Shown in pieces: positions 8,936-17,502 of a stretch of 25,087 nucleotides of DNA. Below the pieces are notes generated by a model. The model was not told the origin of the DNA. It saw only the letters and a program-made list of their open reading frames with translations, and ran no database searches. Every line of letters starts with the position of its first letter. The stretch's first letter is position 1. Origin of the DNA: Hyphomicrobiales bacterium (lineage in GTDB: Bacteria > Pseudomonadota > Alphaproteobacteria > Rhizobiales > SZUA-8); assembly GCA_003232175.1 (NCBI GenBank), contig QILX01000011.1, positions 1-25,087 of the forward strand, given 5' to 3'. Position numbers and translations under genes: made by a program.

Positions 8936-10174
8936 CTTGAACGCAATCGACCGCGCCGCGACATTCGATGTGGAAAAAATCCGGGCGGATTTCCCTATTC
9001 TGTCGCGTGAGGTCAACGACAAGCCGCTGGTCTATCTGGACAACGCCGCCTCGGCCCAGAAACCGCGTGCGGTGATCGATTGTCTGACCCGCGTTTATGA
9101 AAGCGAATATGCCAACGTCCATCGTGGTCTGCATTTCCTTTCCAACCTTGCGACATCTAACTATGAAGCGGCCCGGGAGAAGGTGAGGGCGTTCCTCAAC
9201 GCCCCCCATGTAGATCAGATCATTTTTACCAAGGGCGCCACCGAGGCGCTTAACCTGGTGGCATCTTCCTTTGCCGCGCCGCAGATCAGCGAGGGCGACG
9301 AGATCTTTCGGTGATGGAACATCACTCCAATATCGTGCCATGGCATTTCTTGCGCGAACGCCACGGCGCGGTGCTGAAATGGGCGGCGGTCAGCGATGAC
9401 GGCGCGCTTGACATGGCGGCCTTTGAAGCCCTTTTGGGCCCGAAAACCAAGCTGGTCGCCATCACCCACATGTCCAATGTGACCGGGGTTGTAACGCCGC
9501 TGAAGCAGATCATCGAGTTGGCCCATGAACGCGGTATTCCGGTGGTTGTCGACGGTAGTCAGGGAGCTGTCCATCTGGATGTGGACGTTACCGAACTGGA
9601 CGCCGATTTTTATGTTTTCACTGGCCACAAGCTTTATGGCCCAACCGGCATCGGGGTGCTTTACGGTAAAGCGGACCTATTAGCCGAAATGCAGCCCTAC
9701 CAGGGCGGCGGCGAGATGATCCGCGAGGTGTTTGAGGATCGCATCAGCTATGGTGCGCCGCCACACCGATTTGAGGCCGGAACTCCGCCAATCGCCCAGG
9801 CTATTGGACTTGGGGCGGCGATTGACTATGTGGAAGGAGTGGGGCGGGCTGCAATCATGGCTCATGAAGCGGATCTGGGGCGTTATGCCCACCAAAAGCT
9901 CGAAGCCATCAATTCCTTGCGCATTTTCGGCACCGCACCTGGCAAAGGCGCCATCGTCTCCTTTGAAATGAAAGGCGCACATGCCCACGATATTTCGACC
10001 ATAATCGATCATTCGGGGGTTGCGTTGCGAGCCGGCACCCATTGCGCTGAACCGCTGATGGCCCGGTTTGGCGTCACCTCGACCTGCCGGGCCTCGTTTG
10101 CCATGTACAACACCAGGGCCGAAATTGACATTCTTGCCGAAGCGCTGGTGCGCGCCGCGGCATTTTTCGACTAG
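8928..10174 (+). pseudogene. sufS: Group II cysteine desulfurase SufS; frameshifted at ~9305 (probably artefactual)
   Basis: The 5' part (ATG 8928) gives IRADFPIL, YLDNAASAQKP, ANVHRG, GDEI, then TGA 9312-9314. The 3' frame gives MEHHSNIVPW, TGHKLYGPTGIG, FEAGTP and catalytic RAGTHCA, ending at TAG 10174. Confidence 0.95.
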
Positions 10175-10200
10175 TACTTTGTGACCGTTAGGAAAAGATC

Positions 10201-10671
10201 ATGACCGAAGACAGGGATGTTCTGGACATCGCCTCAAACCCGCAAAGGGAAGGGGCTCCGGACCTGCCGTCTCACATCTCTCCGCCCGGCCCTGATGATG
10301 AGGTCGCCCGCGTTGACGAGGGCGATCTTGTCGATGGCCAGACTTCTGGCCTGTCACAAAGTGAAATCGACCGTCTGACCGCCGATATCATCGCCGCGAT
10401 CAAGACTGTCTACGACCCCGAGATCCCGGTTGATATTTACGAGTTGGGACTTATCTACAAGGTTGATATCAGCGACAATCGCCATGTCGTTGTCGATATG
10501 ACCCTTACGGCGCCGGGATGTCCGGTGGCCGGCGAAATGCCGCTCTGGGTCGAGGGCGCCGTGGGCATGGTAGAAGGGATCAGTGGCGTGACCGCGAAAA
10601 TGGTGTTCGACCCACCCTGGGATATCAGTCGAATGTCCGATGAAGCCCGTGTAGCGTTGAATATGTGGTAG
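10201..10671 (+). CDS. sufT: SUF system protein of the DUF59/SufT (MIP18-like) family
   Basis: VYDPEIPVDIYELGLIY, MTLTAPGCPVAG and FDPPW, with an acidic N-terminal extension. Confidence 0.9.
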   Translation: MTEDRDVLDIASNPQREGAPDLPSHISPPGPDDEVARVDEGDLVDGQTSGLSQSEIDRLTADIIAAIKTVYDPEIPVDIYELGLIYKVDISDNRHVVVDMTLTAPGCPVAGEMPLWVEGAVGMVEGISGVTAKMVFDPPWDISRMSDEARVALNMW

Positions 10672-10681
10672 GAGCTGGTAA

Positions 10682-11050
10682 ATGACCTTGCGACCCAGAC
10701 CTAAAGTTATGACCCTGACCGACGCCGCCGCTGTGCGAGTTGGCGAACTTGTCGCGGGCGCTGACGGGCCTGCCACCGGTCTTCGCATCGGGGTCAAAAA
10801 CGGCGGTTGCGCCGGCATGTCCTACACCATGGAGCTGGCGGAAGATGCCGGGCCTCTTGACGAGGTGGTCGAGGACCGGGGCGTGAAAGTGCTGGTTGAC
10901 GCCAAGGCGGTGTTGTTTTTACTCGGCACTGAAATGGATTACGAGGTTACCAAGCTCAAATCCGGATTTGTCTTCCGCAATCCAAATGAAACCGGCGCTT
11001 GCGGCTGTGGTGAATCGGTTTCGATTACGCCGGTCAAACTTCCAGCTTAA
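10682..11050 (+). CDS. sufA: A-type Fe-S carrier (HesB/IscA/SufA)
   Basis: GVKNGGCAGMSY and NPNETGACGCGES. Confidence 0.93.
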   Translation: MTLRPRPKVMTLTDAAAVRVGELVAGADGPATGLRIGVKNGGCAGMSYTMELAEDAGPLDEVVEDRGVKVLVDAKAVLFLLGTEMDYEVTKLKSGFVFRNPNETGACGCGESVSITPVKLPA

Positions 11051-11102
11051 GCCCGTTCGCAGTTTTACACCTTTCCACCGCATCGTCCTGAACCCAACGC
11101 CC

Positions 11103-11219
11103 GTCATTATCCGGCTTGGTCGGACAATCCAGTAACCATTAGAATTTACGTAGTTTACTGCCGTGGCCCCAACCGCAAACATCGGGGGAACTGGATCATC
11201 GGTCCAGCCGGATGGTGGC
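11103..11219. repeat. Degenerate REP/RIME-like inverted-repeat element
   Basis: ATCCGGCT (11109-11116) pairs with AGCCGGAT (11206-11213), and ATCCAGT (11127-11133) pairs with ACTGGAT (11190-11196). Resembles rhizobial GTCATC..CGGCTTGACCG..ATCCAGT repeats. Confidence 0.55.
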
Positions 11220-11297
11220 TACCCATGGAGGGCCCCGAGGGGTTTTACATCTCTGAACGGTTGAGGTTTCGGCTCGTCGATACCCCGACCGGGAACG

Positions 11298-11334
11298 AAA
11301 AAACGGCGCCTTCACCGAAATGAAAGCGCCGTTT
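11298..11334 (-). terminator. Intrinsic terminator for the diguanylate cyclase gene
   Basis: On the - strand the hairpin AAACGGCGC-TTTCA-TTTCGG-TGAAG-GCGCCGTTT runs into a T6 tract, ~25 nt after the stop at 11359. Confidence 0.7.
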
Positions 11335-11358
11335 AGACCGCCTGTAAACGAATACAGA

Positions 11359-12434
11359 TCAGGCGGCGTTTATCGACAGGTCGACATCGGGATCGGCCTC
11401 GCATTTGACGTTGTCGCGGCCGGCATGTTTGGCGGCGTATAAACATGCGTCGGCGCGCTGAAACAGCTCTTCAGTGCTCTCACCAGGCCGATATCGCGCC
11501 ACGCCGCGCCACGCCTAGCGAAAGAGTGATCGTTCCCAAATTTTCATTGGTCGATTTTTTGATCAATTCCTTGGTGCGGACCCGTTCGCGGATCTGGTCT
11601 GCGACAGTCACCGCGGCCCGAAGGTTGGTCTGCGGCAGAAGGATCGTGAATTCCTCGCCGCCGAACCGGGCCGCCATGTCGCGACCTTTGATATTTGCCG
11701 ACAGAAGTTTAGCCACGAGTTTAAGCACTTGATCACCGGTCTGATGGCCGTGATTGTCATTGAATTTCTTGAAATGATCGATATCTGCGACCACCAGGCA
11801 AAGCTCTTCCTGGGTTTCGGAGGCGTTGGCGGTTTCAGCGGCAAATTTTTCGTCGAAATATTTGCGGTTTGGAATGCCGGTGAGCGCATCGGTGCGTGAT
11901 TCGCTGCGAACCTCGTCCAGGCGGTCCTTAAGGGATGCGATCTGGTTTTTGGAATCCTCAAGTTTGGATTCCAGATCTCTGCTGTTCTTTTCCATTTTCC
12001 ATATCGCGGCTGGCCTTGACCAGGGTTTCGGCAATGGTCCGCAAGTCGTCGGCATTTTTGACTTTGCCAATCTGGGACCCAACCCCTTCGAGGCTGGTGC
12101 CATAGGCGCTGTTGGTTCCGGCCGCAGCACTGATGACTGCAATGGCCTGTTCGATTTCGATTGAAATCTTGCTGCTCAGCGAGACGACATTGTCGGCGCT
12201 CTGGCTGGGCGAAAAATACTGGTTCTGTATTTCACCGGCCACAGATTCGGTGATTTGGTCTCCGTCGGAAATCCGGCGGTCTATGTCTTCGTTCAGGGCG
12301 CCATTCTCACCTGAAACATATTGGTACCAGATTTCGAAATTGCGTGGCGTGGGCGCCATTCCGTGTTTCTGTGCATGTTTGATAGCCCTTTGGGCCAGGT
12401 CAAGCGACCGATCTAAATCAGCAGTGTAACTCAC
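11359..12434 (-). pseudogene. Cytoplasmic diguanylate cyclase (N-terminal helical region, coiled coil, GGEEF domain), interrupted by 7-nt and 10-nt tandem duplications
   Basis: GTG at 12434 follows RBS GAGGGA. Motifs DALTGIPNR, DIDHFKKFND..GHQTGD and ARFGGEEF. Removing one copy each of TTTCCAT (11989-12002) and CGCGCCACGC (11495-11514) gives one 352-aa ORF ending SLGVARYRPGES..RADACLYAAKHAGRDNV..INAA*. Confidence 0.92.
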
Positions 12435-12590
12435 CGGAGTATCCCTCACTTACAGCCAACCAGACGGCTTTCAAAAAAAGCCGGTGCCCCATTCACGTGC
12501 GTCAGCATAGATGGCGGCTCTTACTGTGGAGTAAACAAATGTTCTTTCCGGTATGGAAAATTCCAGGTCGCGGCTTAAGTCCCGGTAGGA

Positions 12591-14100
12591 CTATTTGGCA
12601 GCTGTCCGCGCCGGCCTGAGAAGAAAATCCGGTACATATTCGGTATCGGCATAAACAACACCGTCTGGCTTTTCCTGCCGCCTGTTACCGCGGGCTGCGG
12701 TTTCGCCTGCGGCGGTGGATTTAGCCCGGCCACTGCGTCCGTTGCCGGGCCGAGCCGGTTTTTTGGTTTTGCTATCAACCGGTGTGGGATTTTCGGAACT
12801 CGGAGGCGTTTCGACAGTTTCAACAGTTTCAACAGTTTCAACAGTCTCGATGGTTTCAGCAGATTTGGCTATTGTCCCGGTACGCGATTTTGCCCGGGCG
12901 CCGGCTTTGCGGCGCGGCTCTGCAGCCGGCGCAACTTGTTTGCCGGTGCTATCAGACGATGACGCCGGCGCATGACCTTGGGCCGATTGTTCTTCGATCT
13001 TCTTGCCGATCAGAGTTTCTACGGCGCGAAGGTTTTTCGCGTCCATCGGTGTGACCAGCGTAAAGGCTGCGCCCTGCTTTCCGGCACGACCCGTGCGGCC
13101 AATACGGTGAACGTAGTCTTCCGCGTGATGGGGCACATCATAGTTGAAAATATGACTGACATCGGGAATGTCCAGGCCCCGTGCGGCGACATCGCTGGCG
13201 ACCAGCAGTTTCAAGGTACCGGCGCGAAACCGGTCCAGGGTTTCGGTGCGGATATGCTGATCCAGATCGCCATGAATACACGCCGCGTCCAGCCCGTGTT
13301 TTGACAGGGACCGCTGCACGACCGAGACATCGCGTTTGCGGTTGCAGAAAATGATGGCGTTTTTCACCCCGTGTTCGGCGATCAGATTACGCAAAGCGGC
13401 GCGTTTTTCCTTAGCCTCCTGTCCGGTGTGGACAAGGCGCTGGGTGATTGTCGGCGCCGTCGTATTGTGTCGCGACACTTCGATCTGAAACGGGTTGTGC
13501 AGAAATGTATCGGTAATCCGTTTAATTTCCGGCGGCATGGTGGCGGAGAAAAACAGCGTTTGCCGGGTGAATGGGGTGAGCTTGAAAATCCGCTCGATAT
13601 CAGGAATAAAACCCATATCGAGCATACGGTCAGCTTCATCGATGACCAGAATCTCGACGCCATTCAGCATCAGTTTGCCGCGCTCGAAATGATCCAGCAG
13701 GCGGCCCGGTGTGGCGATGAGTATATCGGCGCCGCGATCCAGCTTTTTATCCTGCTCGGCAAAGGAAACCCCGCCAATTAGCAGCGCCACATTCAATTTA
13801 TGATTACTGCCATAGGTCACAAGGCTCTCAGCCACCTGGGCCGCCAACTCGCGAGTTGGCTCCAGAACCAGGCTGCGTGGCATTCGGGCCCGGGCCCGGC
13901 CGCGTTCAAGCCGTGTCAGCATGGGCAGTACGAAAGCGGCGGTTTTGCCCGTACCGGTCTGGGCAATGCCGAGCACATCGCGGGTTTGCAGAGCCGGCGG
14001 TATGGCCTGCTCCTGAATTTCAGTGGGTTTGGAGTATCCGGCGGCCTCAACGGCGGCCAACACCTTCGGACTTAAGCCGAGGTCAGAAAATAAATAGCAT
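12591..14100 (-). CDS. DEAD-box RNA helicase (RhlE-like); 4-nt duplication at codons 2-3 disrupts the natural start (ORF track starts at GTG 14063)
   Basis: Q motif GY..PT.IQ, AQTGTGKT, PTRELA, DEAD, SAT, ARGLD, HRIGRTGR. Removing one AAAT (14088-14095) gives MLFSDLGLSPKVLAAV.., 501 aa. Confidence 0.95.
12808..12858 (-). repeat. In-frame 9-nt tandem repeat encoding (ETV)n in the helicase tail
   Basis: Three perfect GTTTCAACA units (12817-12843) flanked by GTTTCGACA, GTCTCGATG and GTTTCA. Confidence 0.9.
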
Positions 14101-14196
14101 GCGTGCTTGTTACGTTCACTTTACCGGCGGCGACAACGCCGCGTGGGGACCATTAGGTCGGTGGGGCGCCGTTCTGGCGCACTAATACTTGCCCGG

Positions 14197-14224
14197 ACCA
14201 TAGGCGAAGGCGGTCGAATGTCAA
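14197..14224 (-). promoter_or_regulatory. Sigma70-type promoter candidate for the helicase
   Basis: TTGACA (14224-14219)-N16-TATGGT (14202-14197), ~95 nt before ATG 14100. Confidence 0.55.
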
Positions 14225-14342
14225 GAAATTCACTGTGTTTACCTTGACGATTTGCCAAAAGATAGCGGACAAGCTGATCACGTCTGCGCCAATCCATCCC
14301 CACCATTAAATAATAATTACAATCTTTAAGCACTGGCACCAC

Positions 14343-16421
14343 TTAAATATCAAGATCTTCGGCAAATTCGGCCTTGTCCTGGATGAAGGCAAATCTGGCC
14401 TCGGGTCTGTTGCCCATTAGCTGTTCGACAATTGAAGCAGTGGCTTGTTTTTGATCTTCGGCCAGACATACCTGCAGCAGGTTGCGTTTTTCCGGCGCCA
14501 TGGTGGTTTGTTTAAGTTGCGCCGGCATCATTTCGCCCAGACCCTTAAAGCGGCCTATATCGATTTTTCCCCGGCCCTTGAATTCATTCTTCAGCAGTTG
14601 CAGCCGATGCGCGTCGTCACGTGCATAAAGGGTTTTGCCCCCCTGGCTGATGCGGTAAAGCGGTGGGACGGCGAGATAAAGGTGACCGTCATCGATCAGC
14701 CCGCGCATTTCGGAATAAAAAAAGGTGATGAGTAAAGAGGCGATGTGGGCGCCATCGACATCGGCGTCGGTCATAATGATGACCTTCTCGTAGCGCAAAT
14801 CGGTGGTGCAGTAGCGGTCCGCGGTGCCGCAGCCAAGCGCCTGGATGAGGTCAGCGAGCTGCTGGTTCTGCGCCAGTTTCTGGCTGGTGGCATTGGCGAC
14901 GTTGAGGATTTTGCCGCGCAAGGGCAGCACCGCCTGGGTGGCGCGGTTGCGGGCTTGTTTGGCCGAGCCGCCGGCTGAATCGCCCTCAACGATAAAGATT
15001 TCAGTGCCCGCGGCACTGCCATTGGAACAATCGGCCAGTTTGCCGGGCAGGCGCAGTTTGCGGGTGGCGGCTTTGCGGCTGACATCGCGCTCGGCCCGGC
15101 GGCGCAGCCGGTCCTCGGCCCGGTCCACCACCCATGCCAGCAGTTTTGTCGCCTGGTTGGGGCTTTGCGCCAACCAGTGATCAAAAGCATCGCGCACGGC
15201 GGTTTCCACCAGGCGGCTGGCCTCCTGGGTTGCCAGTTTTTCCTTGGTCTGGCCCTGAAATTCAGGTTCGCGCACAAAAATTGACAACATGGCACCGGCG
15301 GACCCAAGCACGTCGTCGGCGGTTATGCCGCTGGCCTTTTTTACCCCCGACAATTCGCCATAGGCTTTCAGGCCCCGGACGAGCGCGGTGCGAAAACCGG
15401 CCTCATGGGTGCCGCCTTCCGCGGTCGGCACGGTATTGCAATAAGAATTGAGGAAGCCGTCTTCGCCGCCAAACCAGGTCACCGCCCATTCAACGGCGCC
15501 ATGGCTGCCCGGGTTTTTGACCGCGCCTTTAAAAGGTTCAGAGGTGACCGTGGCGCTCCCGCGCACCCTTTCGGCCAGGTAATCGGCAAGCCCGCCGGGG
15601 AAATGTAGTGTCGCGGTTGCCGGCGTATCACTTTTTTCGCTCAAGAGTTCGGGCGCACACGACCAGCGGATTTCCACGCCGCCGAACAGGTAGGCCTTGG
15701 AGCGCGCCATTTTATAAAGCCGCGATGGTCGAAAACGCGTGGTGGCGCCAAAAATTTCAGCATCGGGCAGAAAGCGAACTTTTGTGCCGCGCCGGTTTTT
15801 TACCGGTCCCAGATAAGTCAGGGGCCCTTGCGGCTGGCCGCGGCGGTAGGTCTGGGCATAAAGTTTCTGGCCTCTCGCAACTTCGACTTCCAGGGTATCG
15901 GCCAGGGCATTGACCACGGACACTCCGACCCCATGGAGACCGCCGGAGGTCTCGTAAACCTTGGAATCGAATTTCCCGCCAGCATGCAGGGTTGTCAAAA
16001 TGACTTCCAGGGCGGATTTTTCCGGCATTTTTGGATGGGGGTCGATAGGAATACCGCGGCCATTGTCACTGACCGTCAACCAGCCATCGGCATCAAGGGA
16101 CACATCGATCCAGCTGGCATGGCCGGCCAGGGCCTCGTCCATGGAATTATCGATGACCTCGGCGAAAAGGTGGTGCATGGCCTTCTCATCGGTGCCGCCG
16201 ATATACATGCCCGGCCGGCGGCGCACCGGCTCCAGCCCCTCAAGAACCTCGATATCGGCGGCGGTATAACCTTCGCCCCTTGCCGCGGCGGCGCGTGTGG
16301 TTTTTGTCGCTTTCGGTAATTTTGCCGCGGCCGGCGGCCGGGTATCGGAATTGCCGGCACGCGTCGATACCGGCTTGGCGCCGTCTTGTGGCGAGCTGAA
16401 AAGGTCCGCCGTATTGCCCAT
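14343..16421 (-). CDS. parE: DNA topoisomerase IV subunit B
   Basis: YTAADIEVLEGLEPVRRRPGMYIG, EVIDNSMDE, DNGRGIP, GGLHGVGVSVVNAL, VEGDSAGGS, PLRGKILN, MTDADVDG, RFKGLGEM. Lacks the long proteobacterial GyrB C-terminal insert. Confidence 0.95.
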   Translation of the reverse strand: MGNTADLFSSPQDGAKPVSTRAGNSDTRPPAAAKLPKATKTTRAAAARGEGYTAADIEVLEGLEPVRRRPGMYIGGTDEKAMHHLFAEVIDNSMDEALAGHASWIDVSLDADGWLTVSDNGRGIPIDPHPKMPEKSALEVILTTLHAGGKFDSKVYETSGGLHGVGVSVVNALADTLEVEVARGQKLYAQTYRRGQPQGPLTYLGPVKNRRGTKVRFLPDAEIFGATTRFRPSRLYKMARSKAYLFGGVEIRWSCAPELLSEKSDTPATATLHFPGGLADYLAERVRGSATVTSEPFKGAVKNPGSHGAVEWAVTWFGGEDGFLNSYCNTVPTAEGGTHEAGFRTALVRGLKAYGELSGVKKASGITADDVLGSAGAMLSIFVREPEFQGQTKEKLATQEASRLVETAVRDAFDHWLAQSPNQATKLLAWVVDRAEDRLRRRAERDVSRKAATRKLRLPGKLADCSNGSAAGTEIFIVEGDSAGGSAKQARNRATQAVLPLRGKILNVANATSQKLAQNQQLADLIQALGCGTADRYCTTDLRYEKVIIMTDADVDGAHIASLLITFFYSEMRGLIDDGHLYLAVPPLYRISQGGKTLYARDDAHRLQLLKNEFKGRGKIDIGRFKGLGEMMPAQLKQTTMAPEKRNLLQVCLAEDQKQATASIVEQLMGNRPEARFAFIQDKAEFAEDLDI

Positions 16422-16687
16422 AAGCTATCACTCCGCCGGCGTGCCCCAGGGGCGCGCGCCACCACAATATATAAATTTCGAATCGCCCCATGATGCCATC
16501 AGTCCGCTAAACTGACGAGGGCAGGTTGTTTAAATCGGATTTCCGATATTGATTATCTTCATAGCCGCAAATTCCCTAACAGTTTTCCGTACAATTCCTC
16601 CAATCTTGGAGATGGCAGAAGACAAGCCGCACATTTACGAGCCGCTGGCTGCATTGCCGCCCGCCTTGTATGAAAATCGCAGCCCTT

Positions 16688-17104
16688 TTATTCCGTCCGC
16701 TGGGATCTTGCCAGCTCTTCATCCCAGAATGCCGCTTCGATTTTATGACCGTCCAGATCGCGGACAAAACAGCCATAATATGGGTCGCCATATGCGGGGC
16801 GCGGTCCGGGTTTACCGTCGCAGGTTGCGCCATTTGCAAGGGCTGCGTCGTAAAACGCATGAACTGCTTCCTTTGAGGGCGCGCTGAAACCAAAGTGTAT
16901 GCCATTGGCGGTGGTGGCTTTTTGGCCGTCTATGGGAGTTTGCAGCCAGAATTCTGGGAACTGCCTGCCATAGGCGACAGCGCCGGGAACTTCCATCACC
17001 GGTTTGGCCCCAAGGGCGGACATCACGGCGTCATAAAACTTTCGCGCCTCCTCAAACCGGTTCGTGCCCACGGATATATGCGAAAGTATTGACGGGCTAT
17101 CCAT
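16688..17104 (-). CDS. VOC-fold (glyoxalase/bleomycin-resistance/dioxygenase) protein, 138 aa
   Basis: AGGAG lies 6 nt before ATG 17104. LSHISVG, ARKFYDA, NGIHFGF, GKPGPRP.YG..YYGCFVRDLDGHKIEA; His/His/Glu metal ligands. Confidence 0.9.
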   Translation of the reverse strand: MDSPSILSHISVGTNRFEEARKFYDAVMSALGAKPVMEVPGAVAYGRQFPEFWLQTPIDGQKATTANGIHFGFSAPSKEAVHAFYDAALANGATCDGKPGPRPAYGDPYYGCFVRDLDGHKIEAAFWDEELARSQRTE

Positions 17105-17120
17105 TGCCATCTCCTGGTGC

Positions 17121-17180
17121 TTGACCCAAACCATTTGTTCATGTAATGTTCTCATAGATTGATGATGAATGCAAATCCAA
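17121..17180. promoter_or_regulatory. Alphaproteobacterial LexA (SOS) box at 17137-17151 within overlapping divergent sigma70 promoter candidates
   Basis: GTTC-ATGTAAT-GTTC is a perfect GTTC-N7-GTTC. On +, TTGACC (17121)-N17-TAATGT (17144-17149). On -, TTGGAT (17180-17175)-N17-CTATGA (17157-17152). Confidence 0.75.
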
Positions 17181-17502
17181 TTTACTAGTGTCGAAAAGTA
17201 ACACTGGGGCTCAAGGACATTGAGCTGGGAGCTGGGCAAGCCGTGGCTACGTGGTGACGGCGGTTTTTCGACGGTTATTCGCGACCTGGATGGTAAGCCA
17301 GGTAAATGCTTACATCTTTGAATGGGGTCGTTCCGCTGAATTGAGTTGGAATTTCCTTGACGCGTCTTGCGCGCATCAAAAATTTGTCGGTGGTTCTGCG
17401 GCAGGTGTGGACAAGCTGGTGGAGTTTGCAAAGTTCGCTGGCGGCACTGGTAGGCATTGACTAGGGTGGCGGCGAAAACCACAAACTGACGAGGCAAGTG
17501 TT

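Noticed and set aside
12517-12536. TTACT-GTGG-AGTAA palindrome upstream of the cyclase as a CtrA box
   Set aside because: Both half-sites deviate from TTAA-N7-TTAA; too weak to call.
12808-12858. Tandem repeat as a CRISPR array
   Set aside because: 9-nt units with no spacers, in frame inside a CDS, and no cas genes nearby.
17433-17447. GTTC-N7-GCAC as a second LexA box near ssb
   Set aside because: Two mismatches in the second half-site; within chance expectation.
17251-17460. 69-aa ORF upstream of ssb
   Set aside because: No RBS, no motif and atypical codon usage; cannot be supported as a gene.
17105-17497. 131-codon upstream extension of the VOC ORF (16688..17497)
   Set aside because: No family-like sequence; it runs through the LexA box and promoters, and a good RBS precedes ATG 17104.
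17470-17500. CTGACGA and GAAA, resembling a hammerhead ribozyme core (CTGACGA also at 16512)
   Set aside because: Only ~8 nt lie between GAAA and CTGACGA and the three required stems cannot be formed.
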